A stretch of 64,000 nt of DNA from Octopus sinensis (Eukaryota): assembly GCF_006345805.1 (NCBI RefSeq), contig NC_043005.1, forward strand, positions 93,310,001 through 93,374,000, given 5' to 3'. Positions 62,483 through 64,000 of the stretch are shown one piece after another. The number at the start of each line of letters is the position of its first letter. The first letter of the stretch is position 1. A program made the position numbers and the translations under genes. The notes beneath the pieces were generated by a model that saw only the letters and a list, made by a program, of their open reading frames with translations, ran no database searches and was not told the DNA's origin.

Positions 62483-64000
62483 TAAATCCTTAAATCCTTA
62501 AAAATGTTTTAGCCCGAAGGCCGCGGCCATGCTGGGGCACCACCGCTGAATGAGCTACACTAGTTTGTGAATCCACCTTTGATACGTGGCACTTGATCAA
62601 CAAGGGAGTTCGATGCTGCTGCCCGCATCCGTGTCTCCTGTCATGAGGTAGGTTCATCTGGGACTCCCAACAAGAAGAGATCCAGTTTAGTTTTAAAGAA
62701 ACCCACATCCACACCATGTAAGTCTCTCAGGCATTTAGGGAGGATGTTAAAGAGCTGTGGTCCTCTGAAACCCAAGCTGTTGCAGTATCTGGACCTGTAT
62801 TTTGATGGTGATGTTGGAATCCTTGGCACCACGCAGCGGCGCCCCATTCTGCGGTTGGAGTAACTTTGAATGCCAAAGTTTGGGACAAGACCCTCCAGGA
62901 TTTTCCAGATGTATATCACTGCATATCTCTCCCACGCCTCCGCCTCCAGGGAGAAGAGGTTTAATACCTTCAGTCTTTCCCAGTAGCTGACATTTTGCAT
63001 TGAGACGATTTTCTTTGTGTAGCTTCTCTGAGTTGCTTCGAGTTCTGCTGTTTGTTTTATATTGTGTGGTGACCAAAGTTGGGAGCAGTAGTCCAAGCGG
63101 CTGAGGACGAATGTTTTCCATAGGACCATCAGTGTCTCCTTCTCTCTTGTTCTGAAAGTTCGGAGAATCCATCCAGCTAGCCGTCTGCATTTTATCACCA
63201 GATTGGCAATATGCATTTGGAAATGCATCATTGCTCATGTCAATGCCCAGGTAACGCACTGATTTTGACTCAGGGATTGCAATTCTTCCTGGGCCAGTGT
63301 ATCCAGTCTTCACGTCATTTACCTTTGTGTGCCAGTAGCGCAGGGCCTGGAACTTACCTGCATTAAACTGCATGTTGTTGTCCTCAGCCCACCTGTATAT
63401 TGTGTCCAGCTCATGTTGCAGATGCGCAATATTTTCAGGGTTCTGTATTGCGTGGGAGACCTTTGTGTCATCTGCATAGCTAGCAAGGGTGGTCATCGTA
63501 GCAACTGAAGGCATGTCTGAAAGGGCCACTATGAACATCAGTGGCCCCAAGACAGTGCCCTGTGGGACACCGCTTGTTATTTGCGTTTCCTTGGAGGTGG
63601 CTCCATTGCTCACAACTGCCTGTTTTCTGTCTTTTAGGAAGTTGTGCAGCCACTCTCCAAGTTTTCCGCCTATGCCGAGACCACGCAGTTTGTGACAGAT
63701 CATACCATGGTCGACTTTATCAAAGGCTTTTGCAAAGTCAAGATATATTACATCCACATTTGAGCCATTTAGTAGCTGTTTCAACACCCAGTCATAGTGT
63801 TGCAGGAGCTGTGTTAGGCAGCCTCTACCTGGTCGAAATCCATGCTGGGTGTCAAACAGTAAGTCATTTTCTTCAAGGAACATGATTAGTTTCTTACGAA
63901 CTATTCGTTCCATGACTTTGCTGATGTGTGAGGTCAGAGAGATAGGCCTATAATTTTTAGCATCTGCTCTGCTACCTCCCTTATGGATAGGGCATATTAC
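62483..64000 (-). mobile_element. CR1-type LINE, 3' portion (continues beyond the window)
   Basis: RT ORF, short 3' UTR and 8-bp terminal repeat (AAGGATTT)2. Confidence 0.88.
62641..64000 (-). pseudogene. CR1-type ORF2 reverse transcriptase, frameshifted near 63225
   Basis: NYRPISLTS, QHGFRPGRGCLTQLL, YLDFAKAFDKVDH, SGVPQGTVLGP, YADDTK, YLGI; then in another frame WILRTF..LDYCSQLWSPH..SYWERLKVLNLFSLE. Confidence 0.9.

Noticed and set aside
61445-62501. Y/I/M/C-rich ORFs (also at 182-457, 4685-4985, 5286-5538, 59860-60208)
   Set aside because: Translations of microsatellites.

Overview
Animal genomic DNA with no recognisable host gene. The SINE families and the heavy (TA)n/(TATG)n microsatellite load suggest an octopus-like genome; this is an inference from memory, not a search. 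About 73% of the window (9947-56596) is one 51-bp tandem satellite of ~915 monomers. It has higher-order structure (1275 bp = 25 monomers; larger ~3.06 and ~15.3 kb duplications) and starts at a 100-N gap. The left flank holds tRNA-derived SINEs, hAT-type MITEs and a 5'-truncated RTE LINE inside a (TATG)n tract. The right flank holds a rearranged Penelope-like element (inverted RT fragment, Cys motif + GIY-YIG endonuclease, canonical type I hammerhead ribozyme in the 3' tail) fused directly to the satellite end, then inverted Helitron pairs, a mariner fragment, a long (TA)n tract and the 3' part of a CR1-type LINE. Main observation: the satellite monomer reads like a minimal Penelope-type hammerhead core (ATGA[AG/AT]A-AGC..GCT-GAAAC-GTA), although a correctly placed helix I is missing. 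The array may therefore be a ribozyme-derived satellite linked to Penelope activity.
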